A stretch of 27,758 nucleotides of DNA from Clostridia bacterium (GCA_041685035.1 JAWLGL010000001.1:1-27758); one strand, 5' to 3'. Counted from the first letter of the stretch, positions 6,426 to 16,453 are shown. A program made the numbers and translations. The notes: generated by a model not told the origin, from the sequence alone.

Positions 6426-7517
6426 ATGCTATTACAGAAAAAAATGGAAGTAAAAAACCAAGGACAAACAGGTTCATACGAAGATTTCACCAAATATCAT
6501 GCGGTAATAAAAAAATCTACCCTTTATAGAAAACTCGAAGGCAAACCGCAGATAGTAGATCCAGAGCTAAACAACCGAAAGGACCATACAAAGCGTTGTA
6601 TTAAGGTTGGCCGCAAGATAGCCAGGAAACTAGGACTGAATGAATCGCTTGTTTCGGTAAGCTTGCGTGCTCATGACTTAGGTCATGCGGCATTCGGACA
6701 TCCATCTGAATTTGTATACGAGTGGTTTCTACAGAAGTTCGCGGGTTATCCTGTACAGGTTGCATGTGCACACCACAATGTTCAGGGCGCATGGATGTTG
6801 TTTGTACATCTTAAAGACATCCCTGCAGTAGTTATCGATAGTGTGGCAAGCCACTCTGGATTGTACGAGTATAATCCAGTAGACAGCGAGAAAAGCCTGA
6901 CCATTGAAACATGGCTATCCTCTGCATGCCAAACACCCTGCTCCTATGAAGGAGTTGCAACAAAGTATGCCGACAAAATTTCAAACGCCATAACAGACAT
7001 CATTGAAGCAAGAACGGCTGGTTTTGACGTATCGGAAATTTGGCATATCTTTGAAAAATTTGGAACAGAGGAAAAATTAGAGGATTTCCTGGTAGATGGA
7101 TTGGTACTGGACGCAGGTGGAATCTGGATGAAAGAAGAACAGTACAGGGTACTGAAAGCACTTCAGGCCTTTACTTATTCTTCAAAGGTACACAAGGCAC
7201 CCTGGCTTGTCAAGATTCGCCGCGGACTGAAGCGGGACATGGCAAGAGCCTTAGTAGCCGTGTACTACCTGTTGGAACAGAAAAACTTCACCAGGTACAA
7301 TAATACCAGAGCTGGAAGGATTGTAGAAGAATTTATGGAAAAAAGAGACAAGAATTATCCTTCAGACGTGCAAATTTGCAATAAAGTACGGGCAAAAGAC
7401 ATAGTAACGTACCTGGACGATGAGGATGTTAGAAAAATGCTTTCCAGTGTGCATGAAATTGCGGCTGGGAATAAAGAATTAGCGAAACTTTTAAACAGCA
7501 TACCTGCATTTGCATAA
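6426..7517 (+). CDS. Divergent dNTP triphosphohydrolase (dGTPase-like) HD-domain protein
   Basis: YRKLEGKPQI (cf. FRRLxxKTQV), H54, AHDLGHAAFGHPSE (cf. HDLGHTPFGHAGE), HHNVQG, EG..KYADKIS. AAGGAG RBS. Confidence 0.8.
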   Translation: MLLQKKMEVKNQGQTGSYEDFTKYHAVIKKSTLYRKLEGKPQIVDPELNNRKDHTKRCIKVGRKIARKLGLNESLVSVSLRAHDLGHAAFGHPSEFVYEWFLQKFAGYPVQVACAHHNVQGAWMLFVHLKDIPAVVIDSVASHSGLYEYNPVDSEKSLTIETWLSSACQTPCSYEGVATKYADKISNAITDIIEARTAGFDVSEIWHIFEKFGTEEKLEDFLVDGLVLDAGGIWMKEEQYRVLKALQAFTYSSKVHKAPWLVKIRRGLKRDMARALVAVYYLLEQKNFTRYNNTRAGRIVEEFMEKRDKNYPSDVQICNKVRAKDIVTYLDDEDVRKMLSSVHEIAAGNKELAKLLNSIPAFA

Positions 7518-7539
7518 GGGCGAAAGCCCTTTCTTTTTT
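7516..7539 (+). terminator. Intrinsic terminator overlapping the HD gene stop codon
   Basis: AAGGGC-GAAA-GCCCTT followed by TCTTTTTT. Confidence 0.85.
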
Positions 7540-7606
7540 GTTCTAGTTGACATATATCGTTATGCTGTGGTAAATATACATTAGGACAATAATAAGGAGT
7601 ACAGAG

Positions 7607-8344
7607 ATGACAGGTCTGCTCAAGCCAGGTGAACGCATAGACGATTTACAATACAAAGGACTTCGCATAATCCAGAACCCCAAAGGGTTCTGTTTTGGTA
7701 TTGATGCTGTACTGCTGGCTGGCTTTGCCCGGATAAGAAAGGGCTGGAAGGCTGCAGACCTTGGCTGCGGTACAGGTATAATATCTATACTCCTTGCCGG
7801 TAAAACTGAAGCCTCACACATTACCGGAATAGAGATTCAACCTGAGGCAGCAGAGATGGCTGATAGAAGCGTAAGGCTAAATGGTATTGATGACAGGGTC
7901 AGGATAATCAATGCAGACCTGAAAGAAGCGGCCTCTGTACTTGGGGCATCATCAGTGGATGCAGTAGTTACAAATCCCCCATACAGAACCAAAGGCTGTG
8001 GCATAGTCAATCCTGATGATGCCAAGGCTGCAGCCCGTCATGAGATATTGTGCTCCCTGGAAGACATTATAAAGGTGTCCAGAGCTGTTTTAAAACATGG
8101 GGGCACCCTGTTCATGGTGCACCGTCCTGACAGGCTTGTGGATATAATTTCCGGTCTGAGAAGCAGCGGCATGGAGCCAAAGAGGATGAGATTTGTACAT
8201 CCCCATAAGGACAAGCCGCCTGTGCTGGTCCTCATAGAAGCGCTTAAAGGGGGAAAACCATACATGAAGGTAGAGAAGCCGCTTATTATCTATGAAGAAA
8301 ACAAGTATACCGAAGAAGTAATGCTGATATATTACGGGGGATGA
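7607..8344 (+). CDS. yabB: tRNA1(Val) (adenine37-N6)-methyltransferase (YabB/TrmN6 family)
   Basis: FCFGIDAVLLAGFA, DLGCGTGII, GIEIQ, TNPPY, ARHEI, VHRPDRL. Adjacent to rsmI. Confidence 0.9.
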   Translation: MTGLLKPGERIDDLQYKGLRIIQNPKGFCFGIDAVLLAGFARIRKGWKAADLGCGTGIISILLAGKTEASHITGIEIQPEAAEMADRSVRLNGIDDRVRIINADLKEAASVLGASSVDAVVTNPPYRTKGCGIVNPDDAKAAARHEILCSLEDIIKVSRAVLKHGGTLFMVHRPDRLVDIISGLRSSGMEPKRMRFVHPHKDKPPVLVLIEALKGGKPYMKVEKPLIIYEENKYTEEVMLIYYGG

Positions 8345-8348
8345 TAAT

Positions 8349-9206
8349 ATGACAGACAAAGGAATTTTATATATGGTAGCTACACCTATAGGCAACCTTG
8401 AAGATATAACCCTCAGGGCCATAAGGGTACTGAAGGAGGTTGACCTTATAGCGGCAGAAGATACCCGGCAGACTCTGAAACTGTTGAATCACCTCGGTAT
8501 TTCCAAGCCTTTGACAAGCTATTTCAGGCACAACGAGACCAGGAAAGGCCAATACATAATAAACAAGCTTCTTGAAGGTCAAAGCATTGCGCTGGTTTCA
8601 GATGCTGGTACACCCGGGATTTCCGACCCAGGGGAGGAACTGGTTCAGCAGGCAATACAGAATGATATAAAGATTTCACCCATACCCGGGGCCTCAGCAG
8701 CCATCTCCGGCCTTATAGTGTCCGGCCTCCCTACCGGAAGGTTTGTCTTTGAAGGATTCCTTCCCATGAATAAGCGTGCCAGGCGGGAGAAGCTTGAAAA
8801 CCTTAGGAAAGAGGAAAGAACCATAATTTTTTACGAAGCGCCGCACAAGCTGGTATATTCCCTTAGAAACATATTAGAGATTCTGGGTGACAGAAATATT
8901 GTACTGGCAAGGGAGCTTACAAAGATGTATGAAGAGGTTATCAGAACTACCGTATCTGAAGCTATAGAGAAGTATAGAGAAAGAGCCCCCAAAGGTGAAT
9001 TTGTATTATTGGTTCAAGGACAGGAGAAAGGTGAGGAGCCCGGGGAGACTGGCATTGAATGGGAGGGCCTGACTGTCGAGGACCATGTTAAAGCATTCAT
9101 AAATCTTGGTATGAGCAGGAAAGATGCAATAAAGCAGGCGGCATCAGATAGGAATATCAACAAAAGAGAATTATACAAAATGCTTATAAAAAGCAATAAA
9201 CCGTGA
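8349..9206 (+). CDS. rsmI: 16S rRNA (cytidine1402-2'-O)-methyltransferase
   Basis: LYMVATPIGNLEDIT, AAEDTR, SDAGTPGISDPG, FEGFLP, FYEAPH, RELTKMYEE, KGEFVL. Confidence 0.96.
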   Translation: MTDKGILYMVATPIGNLEDITLRAIRVLKEVDLIAAEDTRQTLKLLNHLGISKPLTSYFRHNETRKGQYIINKLLEGQSIALVSDAGTPGISDPGEELVQQAIQNDIKISPIPGASAAISGLIVSGLPTGRFVFEGFLPMNKRARREKLENLRKEERTIIFYEAPHKLVYSLRNILEILGDRNIVLARELTKMYEEVIRTTVSEAIEKYRERAPKGEFVLLVQGQEKGEEPGETGIEWEGLTVEDHVKAFINLGMSRKDAIKQAASDRNINKRELYKMLIKSNKP

Positions 9207-9234
9207 CAGGGAACGGTTCCCTGTCACGGTTTTT
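9198..9234. terminator. Bidirectional terminator between convergent rsmI and abrB
   Basis: Perfect 16-bp inverted repeat AAACCGTGACAGGGAA-CGG-TTCCCTGTCACGGTTT, followed by a T run. Confidence 0.85.
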
Positions 9235-9249
9235 AAACAATAATATTCC

Positions 9250-9489
9250 TTATGACTTCAGTTCTTTCATACATGAAGGACAGATATTTTTTCCTTTATA
9301 TACGGCAACATCCTTTGCATCGCCACAGAAAATACAGGCGGGCTCATATTTCTTCAAAATGATTGTTGCCCCGTCCACGTAAATTTCTAAAGCATCCTTT
9401 TCCGCTATGTCCAGTGTTCTTCTTAACTCGATAGGAAGTACGACTCTGCCCAGTTCGTCAACCTTTCTAACAATACCAGTTGATTTCAT
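9250..9489 (-). CDS. abrB: Transition-state regulator AbrB
   Basis: MKSTGIVRKVDELGRVVLPIELRRTLDI..., CIFC/CPSC tail. Canonical position next to rsmI. Start reassigned to the ATG at 9489 (AGGGGG RBS). Confidence 0.93.
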   Translation of the reverse strand: MKSTGIVRKVDELGRVVLPIELRRTLDIAEKDALEIYVDGATIILKKYEPACIFCGDAKDVAVYKGKNICPSCMKELKS

Positions 9490-9521
9490 GATATGTTTCC
9501 CCCTTAGATTGGTATACAATT

Positions 9522-9572
9522 TTCGACACGCTTTGCGATTCTTATAATAACATAAATGTAAATTATCGTCAA
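9522..9572 (-). promoter_or_regulatory. abrB sigma-A promoter with a Spo0A box just downstream of the start site
   Basis: Minus strand TTGACG (9572-9567), 17 nt, TATTAT (9549-9544). TGTCGAA at 9528-9522. Confidence 0.75.
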
Positions 9573-9698
9573 TAAAATGTTGGATAATTTGTGAGAAATA
9601 TATTGGCATTAATCCAAACATTTTGAAGAAAGAAAGAGCAGTATTTAGGTATTTCGTAATGTTTGACGGTGTACCTATCAGGTTTTCAGTCAACAATA

Positions 9699-9792
9699 TT
9701 CGACAGAACACACAATAAAACCAAGGGCTTACTATATGCATAAAGCATATTTTGTAGAATAAAAATCATAAAACATTCGACATAATTCGACA
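9699..9792. promoter_or_regulatory. Cluster of Spo0A (0A) boxes in the abrB-spmA divergent region
   Basis: TTCGACA at 9699-9705, 9776-9782 and 9786-9792. The last two form a tandem pair 3 bp apart. Confidence 0.75.
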
Positions 9793-9905
9793 CAACAATT
9801 TTAACGACATTCTTAAGGTATTAGAAGATAAAGCAGTAATAAATGCACTGCTAAACCTGTATATTTGTATTACAAGCCATTTCACAGGATGCCAGTAGGA
9901 TTCAT

Positions 9906-10532
9906 ATGCTTAATTACATTTGGTCAGGAATGCTTCTAATAGGCTTTGTGGTAGGAATTATCAACGGAAGGCTCAGCCATGTAACTAGTGCTGTACTGGA
10001 CTCCTCTAAAGCTGCGGTGGACCTTTCCATAGCACTTCTGGGAGTGATGTGTCTATGGACCGGTGTTATGGAGATTGCATCCAGAGCGGGACTGATTAAA
10101 ACTATAGCAAACTTGATAAAACCTGTAACAAATATGCTCTATCCTGGTGTACCAAGGGATCACCCGGCAATGGCTTCAATAGTTATGAATATGGTTGCTA
10201 ATTTTTTTGGACTTGGAAATGCCGCAACCCCGCTGGGTCTAAAGGCAATGAATGAGCTGCAGAAGCTCAACCCCGATAAGGGCACAGCAACAGACGATAT
10301 GTGCATGTTTTTAATAATCAATACCTCGTCCATACAGCTTATACCTGCAACCCTGATTGCACTGAGGAGTGCGGCAGGTTCTTCTGAGCCTACTGTAATA
10401 ATAGGCGCTGTATGGGTTACCACAGTATGTACAACAGTGACCGGAATTGTAGTAGGGAAAATCTTCGCCCGAGGATGGAAGAAAAAGAACGGGGCAGGAC
10501 GGGGACAGACTAATGGGGGAATGGCAAAATGA
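9906..10532 (+). CDS. spmA: Spore maturation protein A
   Basis: MLNYIW, MNMVANFFGLGNAATPLGLKAM.EL, FLIINTSSIQLIPAT. Confidence 0.94.
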   Translation: MLNYIWSGMLLIGFVVGIINGRLSHVTSAVLDSSKAAVDLSIALLGVMCLWTGVMEIASRAGLIKTIANLIKPVTNMLYPGVPRDHPAMASIVMNMVANFFGLGNAATPLGLKAMNELQKLNPDKGTATDDMCMFLIINTSSIQLIPATLIALRSAAGSSEPTVIIGAVWVTTVCTTVTGIVVGKIFARGWKKKNGAGRGQTNGGMAK

Positions 10533-11056
10533 ACATACTTGGTTACATAAGCACAGCAGCTATTCCGACCATTATCATGGTAATTATTCTATCGGGGATA
10601 TTAAACCGGGTAAAGGTGTTTGATGCCTTTCTGGATGGAGCTAAGGAAGGAATAACTACTGTGGTGAAGCTGATACCGACACTGGTAGGCCTGATGGTGG
10701 CGGTTGGAGTTTTTAGAGCTTCGGGTGCGCTTGATATCCTAGTAGGAATGCTGAGGCCGCTATTCAGTCTTATAGGTGTGCCGGCAGATATACTTACTCT
10801 GGCATTTATGAGACCGGTATCGGGAAGTGCATCTTTAGCAATTGTTTCAGATATAATGGATAAATTCGGGCCGGATTCCTATATTGGAAAAGTAGCGTGT
10901 ACCATTATGGGCTCCACTGAGACCATATTCTACACATTAACCATTTACTTCGGAGCGGTAGCAATAAGGAATATAAAATACACGCTTTACGCAGCGCTCA
11001 TAACCGATGTTGTAGGTATTCTTGTTGCAGTATGGATATGGAGGATTATATTGTAA
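10529..11056 (+). CDS. spmB: Spore maturation protein B
   Basis: KVFDAFLDGAKEG, MRPVSGSASL, GSTETIFYTLTIYFGAV. ATGA overlap with spmA. Confidence 0.94.
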   Translation: MNILGYISTAAIPTIIMVIILSGILNRVKVFDAFLDGAKEGITTVVKLIPTLVGLMVAVGVFRASGALDILVGMLRPLFSLIGVPADILTLAFMRPVSGSASLAIVSDIMDKFGPDSYIGKVACTIMGSTETIFYTLTIYFGAVAIRNIKYTLYAALITDVVGILVAVWIWRIIL

Positions 11057-11109
11057 GGGGACACACCTTAACAGGGTGCATGCTTATGGGTCTAAGGAAT
11101 GTTCCCTTA
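11054..11109. terminator. Imperfect long inverted repeat between convergent spmB and purA
   Basis: TAAGGGGACACACCTTA (11054-11070) versus TAAGGAATGTTCCCTTA (11093-11109), 14/17 complementary. Confidence 0.5.
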
Positions 11110-11112
11110 ATT

Positions 11113-12396
<1,284 letters not shown>

Positions 12397-12427
12397 TTAT
12401 ATAATCATTCGGTTAAACATAGAACTA

Positions 12428-13819
12428 TCAACCAAGCCTGTTTAGTATTTCCCTTGCAACAACAACACCTGACACCGAGGCCTGTGCCAGTCCTCTGGTA
12501 ACGCCGGCACCATCGCCTATGGCAAACATGTTTTTAATCTGGGTCTCAAGCACAGGGGTTAGTTCAACCCGTGAAGAATAAAACTTAACCTCTACGCCGT
12601 AGAGAAGCGTGTGTTTGGAGTATACGCCGGGAGACACCTTGTCGAGAGCTTGAAGCATTTCGATTATATCTGTGAGATGCCTGTAAGGCAGTACCAGACT
12701 CAAATCGCCAGGAGTTGCGTCAGCCAGGGTGGGTTGAAGCAGGCTTCGCCTTATGCGTTCCTGAGTAGACCTTCTGCCGTCCAGCAAGTCTCCCAGCCTT
12801 TGAACAATTACTCCGTCACCCAGCATATTTGCAAGGGTGGCAATGTATTTGCCGTATGCAATCGGAGAATCAAAAGGTGATGTAAAATCCTTGCTTACAA
12901 GCAGAGCAAAATTGGTGTTGTTGGTCTTTATATCTGCATAGCTGTGGCCGTTTACAGTCTTTACTCCCTCCATGTTTTCGATAACCACTTTGCCATGTGG
13001 ATTCATACAGAAAGTCCTTACTCTGTCATCAAACGATTTTGTATAGTAAAGAAGCTTGGATTCGTATACCGAGTCGGTAATATCTTTCATGACAACTGCA
13101 GGTACTTCTACTCTAACACCAATATCCACAGGGTTCTTGGCAGTTATTAGTTTGAGCTTGCGGGTTTGCGATCGAAACCAATCTGACCCTTCCCTGCCTG
13201 GAGCGGCTACCAGGATTTTACAGGTGTAGAATTGTTTATCACTGGTTTTAACTCCCTGGATTTCACCGTTCGAGGTAACGATGTCCAGCGCAGAAGTGAG
13301 AAACTTGATTTCAATCTTATCACGAAGATACTCCTGCATTCTTTGCAGTATTTCATAGCATTTATCTGTGCCAAGGTGTTTTACCTTGGCAGGAATGAAC
13401 TTCAGGTCAGCAGAGGCAGCCTTTCTCTGGATTTCGTTAATCTTTTCAGTATCAGTGCCGTGAACTTCAGTTGTGGCACCGAATTTTAGATAAATAGAGT
13501 CAATATAATTAATAAGCTCCATCAGGCCATCTACCGAAAGATATTCATCCAGAATACCACCAAATTCAGTGGTCAGGGTTAGCTTGCCGTCACTGAAGGC
13601 TCCTGCTCCCCCCCAGCCGTTTAATATTGAACAGGGTTTGCACCCTATACACTTGGAGCCTTTTTCACTGGAGACACAGTATCTTTTATCAATACTCTGT
13701 CCTTTCTCAAGGAGAAGGATACTGTAGTTCCTGTTTGCGTTCAGCAGTTCAAGAGCGGTAAAAATACCTGAAGGCCCTCCGCCGATGATAATGACATCAT
13801 AATCCGTTTTCTGTTTCAT
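12428..13819 (-). CDS. NAD(P)/FAD-dependent oxidoreductase (uncharacterized conserved family)
   Basis: IIGGGPSG Rossmann motif, GWGGAGAFSDGKL, RTFCMNP, VNGHS, YGVEVKFYS, GDGAGVTRGLAQAS. Confidence 0.88.
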   Translation of the reverse strand: MKQKTDYDVIIIGGGPSGIFTALELLNANRNYSILLLEKGQSIDKRYCVSSEKGSKCIGCKPCSILNGWGGAGAFSDGKLTLTTEFGGILDEYLSVDGLMELINYIDSIYLKFGATTEVHGTDTEKINEIQRKAASADLKFIPAKVKHLGTDKCYEILQRMQEYLRDKIEIKFLTSALDIVTSNGEIQGVKTSDKQFYTCKILVAAPGREGSDWFRSQTRKLKLITAKNPVDIGVRVEVPAVVMKDITDSVYESKLLYYTKSFDDRVRTFCMNPHGKVVIENMEGVKTVNGHSYADIKTNNTNFALLVSKDFTSPFDSPIAYGKYIATLANMLGDGVIVQRLGDLLDGRRSTQERIRRSLLQPTLADATPGDLSLVLPYRHLTDIIEMLQALDKVSPGVYSKHTLLYGVEVKFYSSRVELTPVLETQIKNMFAIGDGAGVTRGLAQASVSGVVVAREILNRLG

Positions 13820-13953
13820 TAAGACCTCACCTTTACATTTATTGATGTATAATAACTGGTGATTTTACTTGTTACCCAGCATTATTAATAATATCATAAT
13901 ATATGCATAAAATCAAACAAAGCCCTACATCCAACAGATATTTAACATCTCCA

Positions 13954-13987
13954 TAAAAAAACACGGCCGCGAAGCTGCTGCCGTGTT
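13954..13987 (-). terminator. Intrinsic terminator after the DUF1858 gene
   Basis: AACACGGC / GCCGTGTT stem, followed by a T run on the minus strand. Confidence 0.65.
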
Positions 13988-14000
13988 CAGCATGCAGCGT

Positions 14001-14210
14001 TCAGCCTTTATTCTCGAGATACTCATTGAGTTCCTTTACAAGTTCGTCCGGATCAATACCGTGGACCATACATGCCTCCTCAATGCTCTCGCCCTGGGAT
14101 GACGGACAGCCCAAGCAATGCATGCCGTTGTTAAGAAGAATGGGAGCTGTCCCTTTGTCCAGTCTCAAGATATCACCAATTAACATATCGCGCGTAACTT
14201 TTGCCATCAT
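14001..14210 (-). CDS. DUF1858-domain small protein (hybrid-cluster-protein-associated redox disulfide domain)
   Basis: DMLIGDIL, GMHCLGCPSSQGESIEEACMVHGID.DEL..ELN. GGGAGG RBS. Confidence 0.88.
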   Translation of the reverse strand: MMAKVTRDMLIGDILRLDKGTAPILLNNGMHCLGCPSSQGESIEEACMVHGIDPDELVKELNEYLENKG

Positions 14211-14356
14211 ATTTCCTCCCTTAAATTTACTATCATTTATTATACTTTATTTTTTAATAAAAATACAAATAAAATCAGGCTGATGCATCCATATTTATAT
14301 ATAAGCAGAGTGCTTGTTCCGACAACCTCAATCAAATAGAATACAAACCTATTTTA

Positions 14357-14641
14357 TCAAAAGACTAGAGTAATTCCCCCGTAAGGTATACCAGTTCCCA
14401 AAGCAACCAGTGTGAAGATCACAAGGACTAGGGTCATAAAATTTTCAGTGAAAAGAGAATAAAAAACATATTGATAAAACAAAAATAGAAATACAGCCCA
14501 GAGGGTTAGGAAAAGAATAGAAAACCATATAGTTACTTTAACAGGCCCTATACCTCCATGAGCAAAGAAGAAGAATATCTGGACAATAAACAGAAAAAAC
14601 AGAAAATAGAAAATAGCCGTCCACAGCCAACCTTTTTTCAT
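14357..14641 (-). CDS. Small hypothetical integral membrane protein (about 3 TM)
   Basis: 94-aa very hydrophobic, Phe-rich ORF with GGAGG RBS. Confidence 0.65.
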   Translation of the reverse strand: MKKGWLWTAIFYFLFFLFIVQIFFFFAHGGIGPVKVTIWFSILFLTLWAVFLFLFYQYVFYSLFTENFMTLVLVIFTLVALGTGIPYGGITLVF

Positions 14642-14840
14642 CTTTTACCTCCAAAAAAGATTCTTTATGTGTATTTTATAATATATTGACGAAAAATGCC
14701 AGTAATAGAAATGGTTAAGAAATCAGCTAAAAACTTAAAGGCTATCCAAACCAGGAAAGCCTTTAAGTTTTGATGTTCGGGCAGTTTTAATTTCTGCCGA
14801 TAGGTAAGTGCTGCATTTGAAATGAAAGTATGTTCAATGA

Positions 14841-14957
14841 CTAGCAAACATCTGGCCTGACGCCAAAGAAACCATCATTACAGAAGCAGCAAATTAGCAG
14901 AATGATGAGTATTAGGCATAAGCAGTTGTTGGAACCAAAACCGAATCCACCTGTCAT
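14841..14957 (-). CDS. 38-aa Gly/Cys-rich hydrophobic peptide (small sporulation/spore-coat-like protein)
   Basis: Manual translation MTGGFGFGSNNCLCLILIILLICCFCNDGFFGVRPDVC*. AGGAGG RBS 9 nt upstream. Below the ORF-track length cutoff. Confidence 0.7.
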   Translation of the reverse strand: MTGGFGFGSNNCLCLILIILLICCFCNDGFFGVRPDVC

Positions 14958-15202
14958 GAGGGCTTACCTCCTGTTTAAGTATTTTAATATATATTATGAT
15001 TTCCTGACTAAAGTGTTACTGTCTTGCTGAAAACAAAAAATTATAAGTTCATAGTGTGATAAATTCTTATATAATTATGGAATAAAAGGATTAATCAGCA
15101 ACTATAGACAAGATTTACGGAATAGAGGTTTAGCTGCAGCGGTGTTAAAATTAAATATGTATACCTGAGTGTAAGGCTATATTAGATTCTGTCCAAGGGT
15201 GG

Positions 15203-16360
15203 TTGAAAATGAAATACTTTGTTTCGCTTTGCCTGGTTCTTTCATTATATGTTTCATTAAATGTATATTCAGCAAGTAAGGGGAGTGCTTTAGCCGGCAA
15301 GGATTTGGAATCGGAGGTATATCATTCTAAGGCTGGGAAAAAGAGCTTTATAGAAGGCACTTTTCTCCAACCCAATAGTATTTTAAGCTGGGATGAAAAA
15401 AGCTTTGACCGCCATATTCAGCAATATAAGGAGATACAATTTGAGCACGTTATACTTCAGTGGACTGAACACTATGAGTCGTCTACAGGAATCAGACATA
15501 TATACTATTCAAGCGGGGTGAAAGAAAAGAAGTCTGACAAGGATATTCTTACCAACCTGCTTATATATGGCAGAAAGCATAAAATGAAGGTATATGTAGG
15601 ACTAAATTCGAGTGACAGGTGGTGGGAGGCTTTTGCAAAGTCACCGGCCGAATTTGAAGAGTGGTGGAAGGCTGAAGCCGAAGAAACCATCCGGCTTGCA
15701 GATGAAATATGGGCAGAGTATAATCATTTTGCGCATTCCGACCAATTCAACCCGTTTATCGGGTGGTATATTCCGTTCGAAATCGATAATATTAGCTTTG
15801 CTTCAAAGGAAAAGCAAGAGGTGCTTTGCAGACAATTGGCGGTGATAACCGACCATCTCAAACAAAAAACAGGTCTTCCGGTTATGGTATCTCCGTTCTT
15901 TTACAGGTCGCTAGAAGCAATCTCCGGACCTAAGGAATGGAAAAATATGTGGAAGCATATTCTGTCGCAGACCGGCATAGATATTATAGCCCTGCAGGAT
16001 GGTATAGGTCGGAGGAGGGAATTCGGTTCAAGTGAAGAAGTAAGCAGGGAAAAAGCCATCGCAAATGCAAAGAAATGGTTCAGTGCAACTTTAGAAGCTA
16101 TTGAAGAATCAGGCAGAAAAGCAGAACTGTGGGCAAATATAGAAACCTTTACAGAAGTGAATTATGGTGGAGAAAATAAACTGGTCTCTTCGAGCATTGA
16201 TAGAATTGTCAAGCAGATTAAGGCAGAATCACCGTATGTTACAGGGATTACGTCTTTCAGCTTTCAGGCCTATCAGGATTCTGATAAAAACCATACCCTG
16301 TTCAGACAATACAAAGAATACGTCGAACAGCTGAAGAAAGGGTACCAAAAAGCAGAATAA
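15203..16360 (+). CDS. Secreted DUF4434-domain (glycoside-hydrolase-like TIM barrel) protein
   Basis: Signal peptide, GTFLQP, VILQWT, GWYIPFEID, LQDGIG, WANIETF, SFSF..Y. The true start may be the ATG at 15209. Confidence 0.75.
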   Translation: MKMKYFVSLCLVLSLYVSLNVYSASKGSALAGKDLESEVYHSKAGKKSFIEGTFLQPNSILSWDEKSFDRHIQQYKEIQFEHVILQWTEHYESSTGIRHIYYSSGVKEKKSDKDILTNLLIYGRKHKMKVYVGLNSSDRWWEAFAKSPAEFEEWWKAEAEETIRLADEIWAEYNHFAHSDQFNPFIGWYIPFEIDNISFASKEKQEVLCRQLAVITDHLKQKTGLPVMVSPFFYRSLEAISGPKEWKNMWKHILSQTGIDIIALQDGIGRRREFGSSEEVSREKAIANAKKWFSATLEAIEESGRKAELWANIETFTEVNYGGENKLVSSSIDRIVKQIKAESPYVTGITSFSFQAYQDSDKNHTLFRQYKEYVEQLKKGYQKAE

Positions 16361-16453
16361 CTACAGCTGTCTCATGAGGGAGCAAACCGGTTCACATAAT
16401 ACGCACAAAATGAATATACTGTAGCAATTAATATTATGTGAGGTGTTGTACTC

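Noticed and set aside
9490-9741. N-terminal extension of AbrB in the ORF track (163 aa)
   Set aside because: The extension overlaps the promoter and 0A boxes. The RBS and the paralog alignment support the ATG at 9489.
14665-14847. 60-aa minus-strand ORF
   Set aside because: No RBS or recognisable features, and it overlaps the end of the Cys-rich peptide gene.
16379-16410. GAGCAAACC as the start of a c-di-GMP riboswitch
   Set aside because: No tetraloop hairpin or remaining consensus follows.
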